62,957 nucleotides of DNA, filler included, from Intoshia linei (GCA_001642005.1; 6 parts of 6 records of this genome joined end to end with filler, not necessarily neighbours in it); one strand, 5' to 3'. Numbered from the whole stretch's first letter, positions 1 through 14,434 are shown. Notes: a model not told the origin generated them from the letters alone. A program made the numbers and translations.

Positions 1-150
1 CGATGAGTAACCATTACCATGGAAAAAATACGATTCAATTGAGCATTTAAAATTGGACATTGATAACTTTTTGACAAATAAAAGCCAGAATTTTTTTCAA
101 AATGGAATTAAGAAGCTACCGGAACGTTGAAGAAGAATTGTTGAACGACT
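1..150 (+). pseudogene. Mariner (DD34D) transposase C-terminal remnant
   Basis: Translates (with a slip) to MSNHYHGK..DSIEHLKLDIDNFLTNKSQNFFQNGIKKLPER*RRIVE. It is clearly paralogous to the mariner C-terminus at 27085-27245. Confidence 0.8.
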
Positions 151-1198
151 TATTAAAATTATACATTGTAAAAAATTTTGATAAAGAAATGAATAATAAA
201 TACCTTTAAGTTGAATCCAATATTTTTAATACAATTATTTTAGCACCATTATTCAAAACTTTAAATGATACTGGCATTTATCAATTCATATTTTATTTCA
301 AAAATTCTAGAAATTATAATTTGACTCGATATTTATATGAATTCATATATAAAATTTTATTCGTAATGTTATGACAATTTAGTGTTGTTTCACGGTTCAC
401 CGATTATTGTTGTGAATAAAAAGTTACTGTCATCCAATGGAATGGTGTGAAATGTAGGAATCGGTCACGTCAAAGTAATTGTGCAATGTTACCAGGTAAT
501 TACAAATATTGATGCATGTTCATGTTTTTTAATTAAATGTTGTAAGATTGATATAACTTATAATATATATGTTTAATAAAGATGCATGAATGAATAATTA
601 CAAACTATAATTTAATTGATATATCTGTACAATATATTGTTATAACGAAGAGCTTATTTATGCTTATTTAACCCACAGAGACGAAACTTTATATGGGAGC
701 CTAAACTAAAAATCTAAACTTTTTTTTGTAAAATGGGGCATCAAAAAATTCTTGAATATCTTAACTATTTTGGGTGTTGAATTTAAAATGTAAAGTCAAA
801 GGCTGTGGAGAGGCGGATATGAGCTATACAATACTAGGCATCGTTTGCGAAAATTTTAATTTTTGGATTTCTAGGGCTTAGTAGGTTCGGCTCTGGAACC
901 AGGGCTCCTAAGGACTTGCTAGTAAGGAAAAAATTTTTTTATAAAAAATGAAAATTTTCGAATGTACATAATCTATAGTGTAAGATTTATTAGATTTCGA
1001 TGGGTCTTAGAAAAAGTTTAAGAACCTTGATCCAAGCCATAAAATAAAGGTATTTATATAAATAATTGAATAAATTTCCAACTTTTAGATTTTAAAACAT
1101 TTGAGACACCCTGCGGTGATGTTACTAAAGTATACAATGTATACTATACATTGTCTACTTTTACTATTATGTCTACTAGACATACATTATGTTATAAC

Positions 1199-2499
1199 TA
1201 GGGAAAACTTTTTCTAACCTATAAAAAATACATTAAAAATTCAATTTGGCCCCCCAATTAAAATTTTTTTTTAAAATAATTTAAAAAATTAAATATTAAG
1301 ATTTATTATGGTACAATATTAAATATTTTTTAACCTTACTAGATAAAAAATTCCTTTGTTTATTGAATAATGTCTTCAGCATAGTTACAAGTTAGAGGGC
1401 TATTTCTCAATTGGCTGTACAATGAAGTAGGTTTGAACTGATCCATGGATAACATAATTTTTTCGATATCATTCTTTTTTCTATATATAGTTGTATTTCA
1501 CATGGGTCAGGAATAAATTGTATTTTTTTATGGTATCATATGCTTGATTAATAGTAAACGACTATTTTGCCATGTCAATAACACCTAATATAAATGTATA
1601 CCCGTTTAATTTTAATTCGATTAATTCATTATATAATTTAATCATAGATACAATTTGACCATTCATATTTGTATTAATTATTTTACAGTCAAACAGCATT
1701 AAATTTTGGGGGTTTTTCAAAGTACCTACAATTATATTTATATATTTAACATCGTTTAAATTAGTTTCATCCAACATCATAAATATTAATTTATCTTTAC
1801 TACACGATTTTATCCTTTCAATTTCTTTCAAATATACCTGGTCGGTTTTACCACGACAATTGTTTTCAGATATTAGCGATTTCCCCATGTTGGTAAAAAA
1901 TTCCTTTAAGTTTTTGTTGTTTAACTTGTATAAGGTCTAACGAGGCAAAAAGTTCTACTATGTCAATGGCAAAATCACTTTTTAATTTGCAATATTTACG
2001 AATTGGAGTAACATCATTCAAAGTTAATGTTTTGTGTTTAACAAACGACCTATGAATCTGCACATCATATAATTTTTCAAATGAGACATCATAATTGCAT
2101 TTGATACAAATTAAACTGCCGGCCTTCATTTTAAATTCATTTGGAAATATTCTTAAAATATTATTAATTTTTTCTTGTCTCGACTTTGGAAATTTAGGCA
2201 TTAACTGATTATTAGATTAAAATTTGGTTAAGATTCAGATTTGTAAAATTTAAAAACAATGCACAATGTGCATTGCTTTGTGCAATTTGCACATGTAAAT
2301 AATTAAATATTTCAAAATCTAACTTTATTAACTTTTAAAAAATTCTAACATTTGGAAAAAATTTTAACTTATTTAACCGTATTAACTTTATAAAATTTTA
2401 ATTAGCCAATTAATATTGACGATATTGGTACCATCATGCTAGAAATTTTAAACTATTTAACATATCAAATTTTAACTTTTCTGACTTTTGCTTGCCCTA
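1199..2499 (-). mobile_element. Degenerate hAT-type DNA transposon with CGGBP1-like/BED-finger transposase remnant (ORFs 1866-2201 and 1562-1888 joined by a frameshift)
   Basis: LICIKC...H..H zinc finger, then FAIDIVELFASLD and IFMMLDET..KYINIIVGTL. Termini TAGGGAAAAC / CTTGCCCTA, with an imperfect 8-bp TSD gttataac/gttagaat. Confidence 0.65.
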
Positions 2500-2656
2500 G
2501 TTAGAATCTAAAGTATAGTTCAGGAATTGCTCACTAATTTCTAAAAAATTTTCTTCAAAAACACTGAAATGTACAAAGATTATATCTTAACATGGAAGAA
2601 GTATATATAAATAAATTTATTTTATACGTATTATAATTCGTATTGTAGTGGCAGAA

Positions 2657-5600
2657 TTAATCCCAATGTCCAGGTATCAACGATAAGGGAAGTTCTCCTA
2701 ATGTAATTATTAATATAAAATATTAATAATGAAAAAAAAACTTTTTTTATTATAACATTAACATTTAATTAATAATTATAGTAATAATTACCTGGTTTAG
2801 AAATTTGCATACTAGAATCGCTGCTGTCATCCTTACATGCGTTACCTTGCGTTTGACTAAACATTGCCTAAAATATATTAATTTATATACATGCATATAT
2901 GTAGTATATGCATAATGAAAATACCACCGATTTCAATAATCGGTAGCAATCATATAACCGAAACTACCATGCTGGATTCCAAAAAATGAAAAATAAGCCT
3001 CTAAAAAAATTCTCAATCATTGTTTACTATAATATAATCCTTGGCCATTTCTCCACGGACCTGGCTCCAAAGTTATAATATTAAAAAATATTAATAAATA
3101 TTTTTTAAATGCTCAATTTGAATAAGCAATGTTCGCAGTACACTAGTTTCGGTTGTGTAGAAGCGTACCTTATTTTCTCGGTGTTGAATTAGATATTTCT
3201 GCATTGGCTCTATGTAATTATCAAAACCTAATGAATGTAGTGACATAATAATGTCTTCTCCATTAATAGTTTTGCGTTTTTGCCTTGAACAATGTTCTGC
3301 AGCCCTATATAAATATTTAGCTGTTAGATAAACTGATGAAAGATATTTGTGATATTCTAGGACAGTGTTTCCCAACCGTGGGGCATGATGAAATTTTTGA
3401 TGGGACATTGGAAATTTGGTGGGGTCTACGACTTTTTGGTGGGACAGTGGAAATATTACAAATTTATAGTTATGAAAACTTTAGTTTAATTTAATGTTAA
3501 TTTTATACAATATTCTCAGGTTTATAAGTGGTTATGTGATATTTGAACCATTTAATTGTATTATTAAATTATTAGAATGACAAAAAATAAATATATCTTT
3601 AATGATCGTGGACTATGGAATTCAAATTTAACTAAATTGATGAGTATATGCAAAATGCCAAATTTTCAAAGTTGCAAAATTATCCGACTTTAACTACTTT
3701 TGCTAGGATTGCTTTGTTCCCATTTCAATCCTCTTATTTAGCAGAATGCGGGTTTAGTGCAGTTTTAGACTTCTTGACAAAAAAATAAATAGACTACAAA
3801 TTTCAAAAAGTGGAGATCTACGATTAAAACTTACAACATTAGTATCTAATATTAATAAACTCTGTCAGAATCGTCAGGCTCAATCGTCTCATTAATTCTA
3901 AAAAATAAATACATTATTATTGTTTTTATAATTATTTTATTATAATTCGCTCGAATTTTTTTTAGTGGGGCCTGGGATTTTTTTAAGAGTAAAAGTGGGG
4001 CCTAGCATAAAAAAGGTTAGGAAACACTGTTTAGGACAATTTGTAATTTATCTGATTTTTTTAAATAACAGTATTTTTACATACCCTTCTGCGAAAAATC
4101 AATTAATTCAACCTTAAAATAAAAAACAATTTTATCAACCCGATTTCCCAATCAATTTTATTGTTTATATAATTTAAATTATTGTACTGATAATTATCAT
4201 TATAAAATCTGGAAAATGTCAGATATGAACAAAGGGTATCCCATTAATAAAAACATCTATATGTTACATTAGTAACACATTAATGATTAATGCGATTTTT
4301 AAAAAAAATCTCTAAAACAATTATTCCATTTTATATACAATACGCGCAATACACATAGGTCCAACCGATTTATATTTTTTTGGTCTATTAACATTAATTT
4401 TCATGAATATTTAATTTCTATTTAAAAAGGTATTAAAAAGTACGCTTATTGATACCATTTTTTTTTTTGCCACCTTTATATGAAAAGTTATCACACAAAT
4501 CGCTAATTAGATTAAAATCAATTTTTTTATACTATAATCAAATTTAAAAATATAATTACTATTTTCATTATGTTTATATATATAATATCTTCTCAATAAT
4601 ATATCATTTATTTATTTATGTATATTTTGACAATTGGTAAAGATAAACCTTTAACTGATTTTGAAAAGGGTCACATTATGGCATTAAAAACTGAAAATAA
4701 ATCACACAAATACATTGCTAATCACATTAAAAGGCCTAGAACTATGGTATCAAGATTCATACGCAACCCAGAGTCATATGGAAAGTCAAAAAGTCTAGGT
4801 AGACCCAATAAAATTATTTCAAGAATGGAGTCTCATATTATACGTGAGGTTTCAAGCGGTCAATATACAGCCAGAGATATCATGTAAAATCTAGAATTAC
4901 ATGTGAAGCTCCGTAGGGTTCAACAGGTGATAAGTAGTTGTTCCCACCTTCAATGGAGTAAACGACATCATGCTCCGGTCCTTTCAAAAGCTCATAAAGA
5001 AAATAGGATTTTTTTTGCCTGAAACTACGTGGATTTAAGTCCAAATTGGAATTCTGTGATATTCTCGAACGAAAAAATTCAATTTGGACGGTCCTGATGG
5101 ATTCCAGTTTTATTGGCATGATCTACGAAAGGAAAAAGAAGTCTACTCTACGCGGCAAAGTGGAGGTGGATCGGTAATGGCCTGGGGAGCATTTTCACAA
5201 AAAGGCAAATCCAAATTGGCGATTCTGAATGGAAATCAGAACTCTGAGGATTATATTTTTACCTTATTTGAATTTCTACTTCCATTTGTTCACTTTCATT
5301 ATGGTATAGACTACATTTTTCAACAAGATAATGCTCCAATCCACACTTCTAGTAAGGTCAAAACATGGTTTGAAGAACATTCTGTTAATGTAATTAACTG
5401 GCCATCGAAGTCTCCTGACCTTAACCCAATAAAAAAGTTATGGGGAATTTTGGCAAGGTCCGTATACAAAAATGGCAGGCAATTTAAAAATAAGGATCAG
5501 CTGATCCAGATGATATTGACAGAATGGGAAAATATCCATAAAGATCTTATTGAAAAGTTAGTATTGACAATGAAGGATAGATGCCTTGAAGTTGTGATCA

Positions 5601-6359
5601 ATAAAGGAGAAAAGACACATTATTAAATTGTAAATTTTCTATTTATTAGACCTATGGTTATTTCGCGGCTAATTATCGATTTTGTGTGATAACTTTTCAT
5701 ATAAAGGTGGCATCGGAAAAATAATGGTATCAACAAGCGTAGTTTTTAATACCTTTTTTAATAGAGATGAAATATTCATGAAAATTAATGTTAATAGACC
5801 AAAAAATAATATAAATCGGTTGGACCTATGTTTATTGCGCGCGCTGTATATGTAAATAATATTTTTTACTCGCTAGTAACAAAACTTATAAATTCCGAAG
5901 CACACTCCTGCATGCATTGTTTAGCTTCTTTACCAACCTAAATTAAATGTTTAGTATAATCGGTACCAGTGATTAAAAATAGAACTTGAACCATTAAATA
6001 ATGTAAACTTGGTTTTAAAACTCTAAAACTGTTTGTTTTTCTCAAAATTATAGTATAATATAATTATCCACACTAATATAATTACTGATGACAAATAACT
6101 GAAAAATATTAACCGGTTAAAATACCCATATTTGCTAAAAAGATTGAAAAATTCTAAAAATGATGAATAAATATAAACCTTTCCTTTTGGTGGGACAGTA
6201 CTTTTCATCATTTTAGAAACATTATTTATAGGTAAAAATCTTTGCTAAATATTAATATCAATGAATTGAATCATTCAAACGAGCGTAAAAATGTATATAC
6301 AATAGAGTAATGTCTACCTGTTCTGTAAGAATATGCGGAACTTTCAAATTCGACGACAT
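2657..6359 (-). CDS. NFYB: Nuclear transcription factor Y subunit beta (histone fold), ~142 aa, 6 exons: 6318-6359, 6179-6244, 5870-5937, 3169-3304, 2792-2867, 2657-2697
   Basis: Spliced translation TEQQRFLPINNVSKMMKSTVPPKGKVGKEAKQCMQECASEFISFVTSEAAEHCSRQKRKTINGEDIIMSLHSLGFDNYIEPMQKYL matches the NF-YB core. All introns are GT-AG with consistent phases. The last two exons are less certain. Confidence 0.9.
3363..4029 (+). mobile_element. Non-autonomous hAT (Buster/Charlie-like) element in NFYB intron 3
   Basis: TIRs CAGTGTTTCCCAACC / GGTTAGGAAACACTG, near-TSD ttctagga/tttagga. Internal remnant SYLAECGFSAVLDFLTKK*NRLQISKSGDLRLKLT..INKLCQNRQAQSSH (hAT dimerisation C-terminus). Confidence 0.8.
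4338..5846 (+). mobile_element. Tc1/Tc3-like DNA transposon, full length but inactivated (ORFs 4618-4887 and 5084-5626)
   Basis: ~175-bp imperfect TIRs flanked by TA. N-terminal HTH with GRP motif, then FNLDGPDG..YWHDLRKE, GGGSVMAWGAF, FQQDNAPIH and WPSKSPDLNPIK (catalytic E lost). In-frame stop at 4885-4887. Confidence 0.92.
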
Positions 6360-6907
6360 TAAATGAATAAATTAAATTAATTTACAAGTACCAAATAAAA
6401 ATATTAATTTAGATAAGAATTTGTTTGTTAATTGATGTTAAAACGTGTCTACAATTGTTCATTTAAATTGCTAGTGAGGATTAATTTTAATTTTATTGTA
6501 ATCATAATAATCATATGTACTTGGCCAAATGTAATAAACTTAATAAAATATACAAATTGGTATAAATTCTATTCAAAAATAACCAGTTTCATGATAATTG
6601 AAAAATTTAAATAAATGTAAGCATTTTGTTTGTACAAATTTCTTCATAAAGTTTGTAGACTTGATTGAAACTATATATATAAGTAAATTGAAGACACTAT
6701 GGATGCTTCTTCGCAATTAGAAAATTGCATAATTATAAATTATTCGTAGAGATATACACAGATAAAGATATGACCGTTTTATTCGAATCAGGTTAAATAC
6801 ATACATTGATATACTAATTACAATTATATGTCGAAAATTTATTTACAATCATAGATGTATTCAAAAAGGAAACACTTTTCAATATAATATAGAGCAAACT
6901 ATGCATT

Positions 6908-9900
6908 TCAATTTGCAAATTTTGATGACAAAAATCTTCTATAAGAATCTTTCTCCATTAGAATCTATGCAATTACATTATATCATATTAATAACACTAA
7001 TAATAATAAGAATAAATTAATATTAAATATGTATTATACTTATACATATATAAATTAATTTAGCTAAAACATATGTCGGTCTATCTGTTACTATTTATTT
7101 ACTTTTTAATACAGTTTTTGAAAGTGAAATTTTATCGAAAATATGATTTTTAGAAATAAAGTCCTTCAAAGTCAAAACCACAAAATTACTTTATTTTTTT
7201 AAAAATAAAATGAGTACAATTAAAAAAATATAGATTTTGATTAGACGTTAAAACCATCAGCATTATCATTAATATTTTTAAATATCCTGAATCAGTTAAT
7301 TACAAAAATTATTGATACTATATATAATTTACTTATGAAAAGAAAATACTCAATATATTTCATCAAATGATTGAAGAAAATACTACAGGTATTTACAATT
7401 TTATTTTTTTTGGAATTCATGTTACTTATGACGATTTTAAGGATTGAGTGTTTTTACTTAATTTTTAAGATGATACACTTATTTTCTAATTAACTAATAA
7501 AAAAATCGGATCAAAAAATTTTTTTAAAATTCTTTACACAATTGCTAACAATATAAGATTAAGTGTGAATAATTCAGTTTAAATTCAATTTTTCCTTATA
7601 ACTCCTTTAAATGATGGGTAATTGTGAGGTGTTTATATAAGATTCTCTTGAATTGATTTTTTGTAGAATTAAAAAGTGCGCCCTAGGTACAGATCTTACA
7701 GATCTATTTACTATTTTTACAAAGTATACAACAGTCAAGCTAGTATTCAAATATATGCTATCTAAGTACAAATTGACAAAATTATCCACGGGGCGCTGGG
7801 AATTCAATTATGTGGACCATAGAGCTGAAGGGAATATTTTCGATCCACGAAGGTTTTGAAGAAACTTTAATAATACTATTGATTCATATGTTACCTGTAC
7901 ACGAAATTGAGCAGCATCGAAAAGAGTTATATCAATATCGCCTTTGTGTATTCTATTCAAAATAGTTTGTTTAGTTGAAGCATCAATATTGACCTATACT
8001 TATACATTATTAGTAATACTTTAATATTATAATTTATTACATATGAATAACATACACAATTACAATCATGATGTAGATGACAATAATAATGTACATTTAT
8101 CATTATTATTATTATATATTAATGACTCATCACCAGGAGTGTCAGCCTCAATTTGCTCAAAAAATTATGTTAAAACTAACAGTTTTGATTAATTTATAAT
8201 AATTTTAATTCATAAAATAAAATAAACAATAATAATGGAATAAATGTGCAAATAATGTTAAAATTGTAATCATGAATAAATAAATCATGAAAAATATATA
8301 AATAAATGTAAAATAAGAAATATATGTAAAAAATTGTTATAAAAATAAAAATGTATATTGTAACGCGGGCACATTCTACAATTCTCGACCGCAAATATCC
8401 CGCGGGCCGCATAATTGACACCCCTGAGTCATGACTCTTATGCTCATATATGATCTGTCTACACATATAAGCCGATCTCACTGGAGGACGAAAGTTAAAA
8501 TCAAAGACAAAGATGTTATTTATATGAGTCATTTTTTTATTTACAAAAGGCTTAACCTTATCCGCTACTGGCTCAAATACAAATAATAAATTAATATTAC
8601 TACAGTGGAACGTAAAATTGAGTTGTTATAACAAGTTCCACTGTAGACAAGTTTCACTGTAATATACGGAAATTTTTGTAATTTTGAGTTTAACATCAAT
8701 AATAACATTCATAAAAAGTAAATTAATTTTTATTGTCGATAATAATAATAAGATTTACTTCATTAGGTGATCTAGAAATAATAAACTTGTGCGAAATTTC
8801 ATGTGCTAGTTTTGTTTGTTCATATATATCTTCAATTTTTTTAAATGTTTCACATATCATCCAAAATTCAATATTTTCATCGCTATGTTCGGTTTTCAGA
8901 AACAATTTAAATGGCTTCATTAATTCTAGTAATCATGATTATTTACATTATGTCCTAATGATTAAGGTGTTTCACATTTTTAAAATTTCAAATTCGTAAG
9001 AAAATTAGCTAATACACACAATACTTTGTATATTAAATACCACTAGGAAATATTCTTAAATCTTATTTTTTAGTTTATTCAACAATTTTCCTTATTTATT
9101 TAGCCGTTTTTAATAATTTAATTCTTAACAAAAATTTAATAAAAAACGTAATAAATTGATTTTTAATTACATAAAAATTTTGAAAAAATCTTTTCATAAT
9201 TATTTCGCGACCGGCATTTGGGAAACGCTATATTTCCTTATACTTTTACTATAAGGAATTAAGTACATTACAATTAAATATATTACAATAATTGAAATGT
9301 AATTTTGAGAAATTTAAAAATATTTATAATTTTTAAATCTTAAAATGTGAGTCACAATATCATACGAACTGGTACCCAAAATTTTCAAACGATCCTTAGC
9401 TTAAGATCTATTGAGTTAGAAAATAATGAAAATACGATATAAAAATTCCCAGCCTACAAAATTATCTGCTACTGTCTTTTTTTGATTATAAGCAGACCCC
9501 TGAAATACAAATTTTCAGTGAAATTTTTAACTAAATAAAATTTGAATATAAGCGCAGTTTCTGCTTGTATTCGAAAGAAAGAACTTTAAACAAAAAGTAG
9601 ACAACATATCAATTTATTTCTAAAAAATAATTTCCTTCATACAATAGAATTTCTTATTTATAAGTTTATATTAATAAGAAAATAACTTTTAGTGTATTTT
9701 TTATATTTTTCAAGGTCTGCTTAAAAGTCTGCTTGTTTTTGATTATAAGCATTTTTCCTTCTACTCTCGAATATAAGAAGACTTCTTATAATCGAGAAAA
9801 GACTATATATAAGTAGTTATATTTGTTTACATTTTTTTGTATTTAAATAAGCTTATAGGTTAACTGGGTAATAGTAAAAGTGTGGATTAATAAATAATTT

Positions 9901-11359
9901 TAAATGTTTTTGATAAACGCAATAATTCAAATAAAAATGCAAATCTGGTGTTCTCAACTGGTTTCATATGGCCTCAAGGGGATCATACATGACTCATAGA
10001 GAAACCACATCAAAGATATACAATTTCTACAAAATTCTTGACAGAACTGGAACCAACATTACTGAACCAGCAATAATGTGCTGGCCAGCTGTTGGAAAAA
10101 ATAAAAAAATTTTAATCAACCTTTATAGGAGAATTTTTAATATTTATTACAAAGTTTGTAGATGTTGATTATTCCAAAGCCTAGACGACTATTACATTAT
10201 TATTTTAAAGTGTTTGTAAATTCTAAAACAGTCGTAGAATTAAAAAAACCCATTTCTAATACCGTTTTTCAGTGGAATGTTGATATCTATATTTCATTTC
10301 CTAATATGAGTCCTTGATGGTCAAAAACCAAATTTTTATTGAATTTTATTTTTTCTAGGATTTAAGTTATTTGTGACAATTTTTAGGATTTTATATTTAC
10401 TTAATTTTGAAGAAAGATTTTATCATTGAATTTATTTTTTGGTAGAATAAAAATGTGCCCTCGGCATAGCTAGGTGCTGTTTGTACGTAGTACATAACAG
10501 TCAACCTAGTACAATATAAAATATTTACGTTTTGAGTGCAAAAATTTGTCGAAATTTAAATTTGGTGATCGATTATATTTATCAAACAATTTGACTCTAG
10601 TTGATGTTTGTTCTGATAATCTAAACGATATTTTATATTTAATGAATTAATATGACCCATTTCAGTGAAATTGTGTGTTTTATTGAAAATAAATACGTTT
10701 TATTAAATAATAATACACAAACTTTAGCGTTTTCCCATTACAAAAATCTTGAAAAATAAAAATTAAACCAAACCAATTAATCACTATTAGCGATTGAAAA
10801 TGATGGAAATTTTATAAATTTAAACCAAGATTATAATATAACTATCCACTTGAATAAATTCATATTGACTAAATTAAAAAAATAAATAAAAAAATTATCA
10901 CACATTCCCACCTTCTTGTCCCAATCCAATTTTAACCATTAAACTGCCAAACTATCCATCCAACGATGAAATTATCAATATTCTCATCTAATATTAAAAA
11001 TACCTCTTTGTATACAGAAGATCCTTTGCATGATCACTACTTTTTATTGTCTAAATAATTTTAAAATACAACACAAAAAGTATCAATGTGAATAAAATTA
11101 TGATATACAAATGTACAAATATAATTATAATTTAATATAATTTATTAATTACCTTAAAATTTATTTTTTTACAATTAGAAAAATCAAAATTTTTACTATT
11201 AGTATTCAAAAAATCTTTACACCCATCAAATTCTGAATATTGAGTAGTCCCCTTGCGAGCACATTCATTAGAATGGTATTGATTTTGAGATTGACTAGAG
11301 TCAGATTTATGAAAAAAAGACAGAAATTTATTCAATTTTTTATTCTTTTTATTTGTCAT
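6908..11359 (-). CDS. Regulator of G-protein signalling (RGS-domain) protein, ~222 aa, exons 11153-11359, 11004-11050, 10529-10620, 8759-8925, 7895-7993, 6908-6964
   Basis: Spliced RGS box NFDKFLHSKQLMKPFKLFLKTEHSDENIEFWMICETFKK...SPNEVNIDASTK...LFDAAQFRVQILMEKDSYRRFL. GT-AG introns with matching phases. The N-terminal exons are inferred from phase continuity. Confidence 0.85.
8134..8426 (+). mobile_element. hAT-type MITE (family with CAGGGGTGTCA termini; other copies at 41464-41750 and 53678-54036)
   Basis: CAGGAGTGTCAG...ATAATTGACACCCCTG termini and an internal AT-rich body shared with the other two copies. Confidence 0.75.
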
Positions 11360-13080
11360 TTGTTTCAAAATCTATAGTTTTAATTGATACAAATATGATT
11401 TAAATTATTTATATATTCAAAATCTTACGTATTAAAGTAATTAAACATATTAAAATAACTATAATAAATATAATTATACAACTAAAATAGAATATATACC
11501 AATTTTATAGATTCCATTTAACTGAAAAATTATATATATATATTAATTATTAATTCAATTGACATGATTCAAACATATACTGTGTAATTATTATATTATA
11601 CTTATTTAAAACATTATATACAATTTGATAAAAAATCATTATAAACTCATAAACTCTTCAATTTATCACTACACATTATACAATACATGTAGATACTAAT
11701 TTGATTTTCAAATTCTATATTTTTTAAAGGGATCCATTTTCATGTATTTTATTGATTAATTTAAATAATTTTTTTGCACGTATCCATTATAGTTTTAGCG
11801 TCAAATTAGTAGTTGTTGTAAAATATTGAACTTAATTTTTCTTTATAATTCGGAAAATTTAGGGTTATTCCGTATAATTAAAAGAAATTGAGTTTTCAAG
11901 TTTTTGTTTAATCAAATGTCAAAATTAATTATTTGAATTTTTAATTTTTATTCTATTAACATTTTACGTTTTATCGTAATAATTGCAAGATGACAATTAA
12001 TTGAATATTGATTTTGTAATTGTCAATAATAGATTAGGGAAATGTATACATGCTCATCATTTTTAAAATAAAAATTAACAGTATTGATGAGAATACTGCA
12101 ATTTCTATAAAAAGATGAACTGGAGTGACCAAGTTTTAGTCATGTTTTTTTATCTTCCAGGCTTGATTCTGATCTCATTAGAGTGGTTACATTTGCAAGT
12201 TGCAACATTCATTGTTGTACTTTTTACCGGATAGATTTTTCCATTATTTTGATTACTTTATTTGACGGTCTAGGTCAGGTTTGACCAACGTTATTTTATA
12301 TTAATGATACAATCAATTTACAAATTGTATAATAATACATCGAATTTTTATTTTTATTTGATAATTACACGTTTAATAAAAATTACTATAATTTTTCATT
12401 ACAGTATGCATTTATTTATATACCTTGATTATTTTCTAGTGATAATATTTAAAATATTAAAATTGTTAAATGTAACTGATTAAATTGTGTATATTATCAA
12501 TCTTGGTAATAGATATTTTAAGTGTTGTTTAAATTTTGAAAACACAATTTCATTTCATAAGTATTATCCGTCAAATGTACAATGTAGATTGTATTGTATC
12601 CTACATTGTAGACTTTACAATCTACATTCCATTTCTAATTAATTCTAATACATGTATAATGTATAAGATAATTTATCATTGATACATTATATTTTGTTCC
12701 ATATAAATTTAAATTAAATTTAATTGTATCACGACTTGCAATGTTAAATATCAATTTTAACTTCAATTCATATAATTATTGATTACAGTAAACTCTCTTT
12801 AGTAAATTTTAAAGTTGCCAGAAAAAATACGTACTATCAAGTTTAGTTTATTTGGCGTTGAATGTAAAGCCAAAACTATTTATCTATTATGACTAGGGCG
12901 ATTATTTTTAACTAGGGCAAATTTTTATATGTTCATACGCATCAAATTACAATCACAATGATAATAATTTTACGTGTATTNNNNNNNNNNNNNNNNNNNN
13001 NNNNNNNNNNNNNNNNNNNNNNNNTTAATTAATTAANNNNNNNNNNNNNNNNNNNNNNNNNNNNNNNNNNNNNNNNNNNN

Positions 13081-13921
13081 AAAACACTTCTCCGAACTTA
13101 CTGAACCAATAACTAGGTTGTTAAAAAAAGGCATAAAATTCAAGTGGGGCGATGAACAGCAACAGTCGTTCAATTCCTTAAAAAATGAATTGAAAAAAGC
13201 TTCGGTCCTAAAGTTGCCAGTAATAAATAAGGATTTTGTTTTGGATTGTGATGCCTCGAACGTAGGTATTGGTGCAGTATTATTATAGGGTGGCAAAGTC
13301 GTAGAATATTTTAGTAAAAAACTTAGTGACACTGAAAAAAATTATAGTACCACAAAAAAAGAATTGTTTGCCGTATGTAAAGCAGCTAATCATTTCAGGA
13401 GATATATTTTAGGACGATATTGCAAAATAATTACTGATCATAATCCAATTGTTGAAATGCGTCGGTGAAACGCAGAAACGATTGCAAATTGTTTAATAAA
13501 GAGTATTATAACTCCATATGGCTCTCCAGAAAAAATGCATTTTGACGCTGCTAAGCAATTTGAAGGTGAAGTAGTGTTCCGTTTGTGTAAAATGAATAAA
13601 ATATCTAAAACTCATTCTGAACCATATATACACCGGCAAAATGGATTGGTAGAACGGTGTAATAGAACAATTCGGGAAAAATTAAGAATTGTAGCAAATG
13701 AAGATGATTATGATGAACGACTCTCATATGTTTTAATGGGATTGCGATCCACCGAGTTTGCAAAAATTGGAGTTTCACCATCCTTCATTGTGTTAGGATA
13801 CGATATGTGTTCAAAAATAGTAATACCAAGAGTTCACATGGAGCAACAAATAAAAAAAACCAAATGTATCCATAATGAACGGGTTAAACATAATTTTGAT
13901 GAGAAAGTACAAAAATCTTAA
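13081..13921 (+). pseudogene. Ty3/gypsy LTR retrotransposon pol remnant (RT connection-RNase H fused by deletion to integrase core)
   Basis: FSELTEPITRLLKKGIKFKWGDEQQQSFNSLK...FVLDCDASNVGIGAVLL*...YFSKKLSDTEKNYSTTKKELFAV...IITDHNP, then YGSPEKMHFD...QNGLVERCNRTI...GVSPSFIVLG. Contains a stop and an internal deletion. Confidence 0.9.
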
Positions 13922-14434
13922 TTACTTTGATAAAAATTTTTCTCCAATTTACAATCGCTTTCACAAACAGCAATCAATATATCAACTTAGAGATAGGTCA
14001 AAATGTCGCCCACCTTCAAAATTTCAATGGAATGAAGTTTTGGGAAAATAGGTGTAATGAATAAAGTTAGTCACTATGACCTTATCCATTATTGTGAAAA
14101 TAACGAAAATAATTTTCTTTAAATATTAAATTTATAGCTTTGATCTTAAATATCTAATTCATTACAATTTTATCCGAAAAATGTTTTTAAATGAGATATT
14201 TGTCATTTTTTTTAGTATTCAATTTGATACAAACTATTTTATTTTTAAGAGAAATTTTATCTATCTAATAATATATCCGAACGCAAACACATTCATACAG
14301 CTACTGTATAAATGGAATTTAAATTTATATTAAGCTATAGTTACAAATTTAAAATTTTAAAATAATTTAATTTCACATTTATCCAAATTCAATTTAATTA
14401 TATTAATGTAAATAATAGAAACTATTCGATTGAA

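Noticed and set aside
6360-6907. Short spacing between co-oriented RGS and NFYB as a possible operon
   Set aside because: About 550 bp is compatible with an ordinary 3' UTR plus promoter, and the sequence gives no evidence of trans-splicing.
8194-8532. Hydrophobic ORFs in MITE or Helitron bodies (also 41581-41784, 42472-42654, 59136-59396, 39678-39917)
   Set aside because: They lie in repeated non-coding TE sequence, and Ile/Phe/Tyr richness is the expected translation of AT-rich DNA.
10988-11003. Apparent 16-nt GT-AG micro-intron in the RGS gene
   Set aside because: Using it gives an immediate stop. The acceptor at 10621 keeps the frame and leads into the RGS box.
12981-13080. TTAATTAATTAA embedded in N runs (also near 26800, 39010, 54160 and 57950)
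   Set aside because: Identical 12-mer with stops in all six frames, centred in every gap: an artificial scaffolding linker, not biology.
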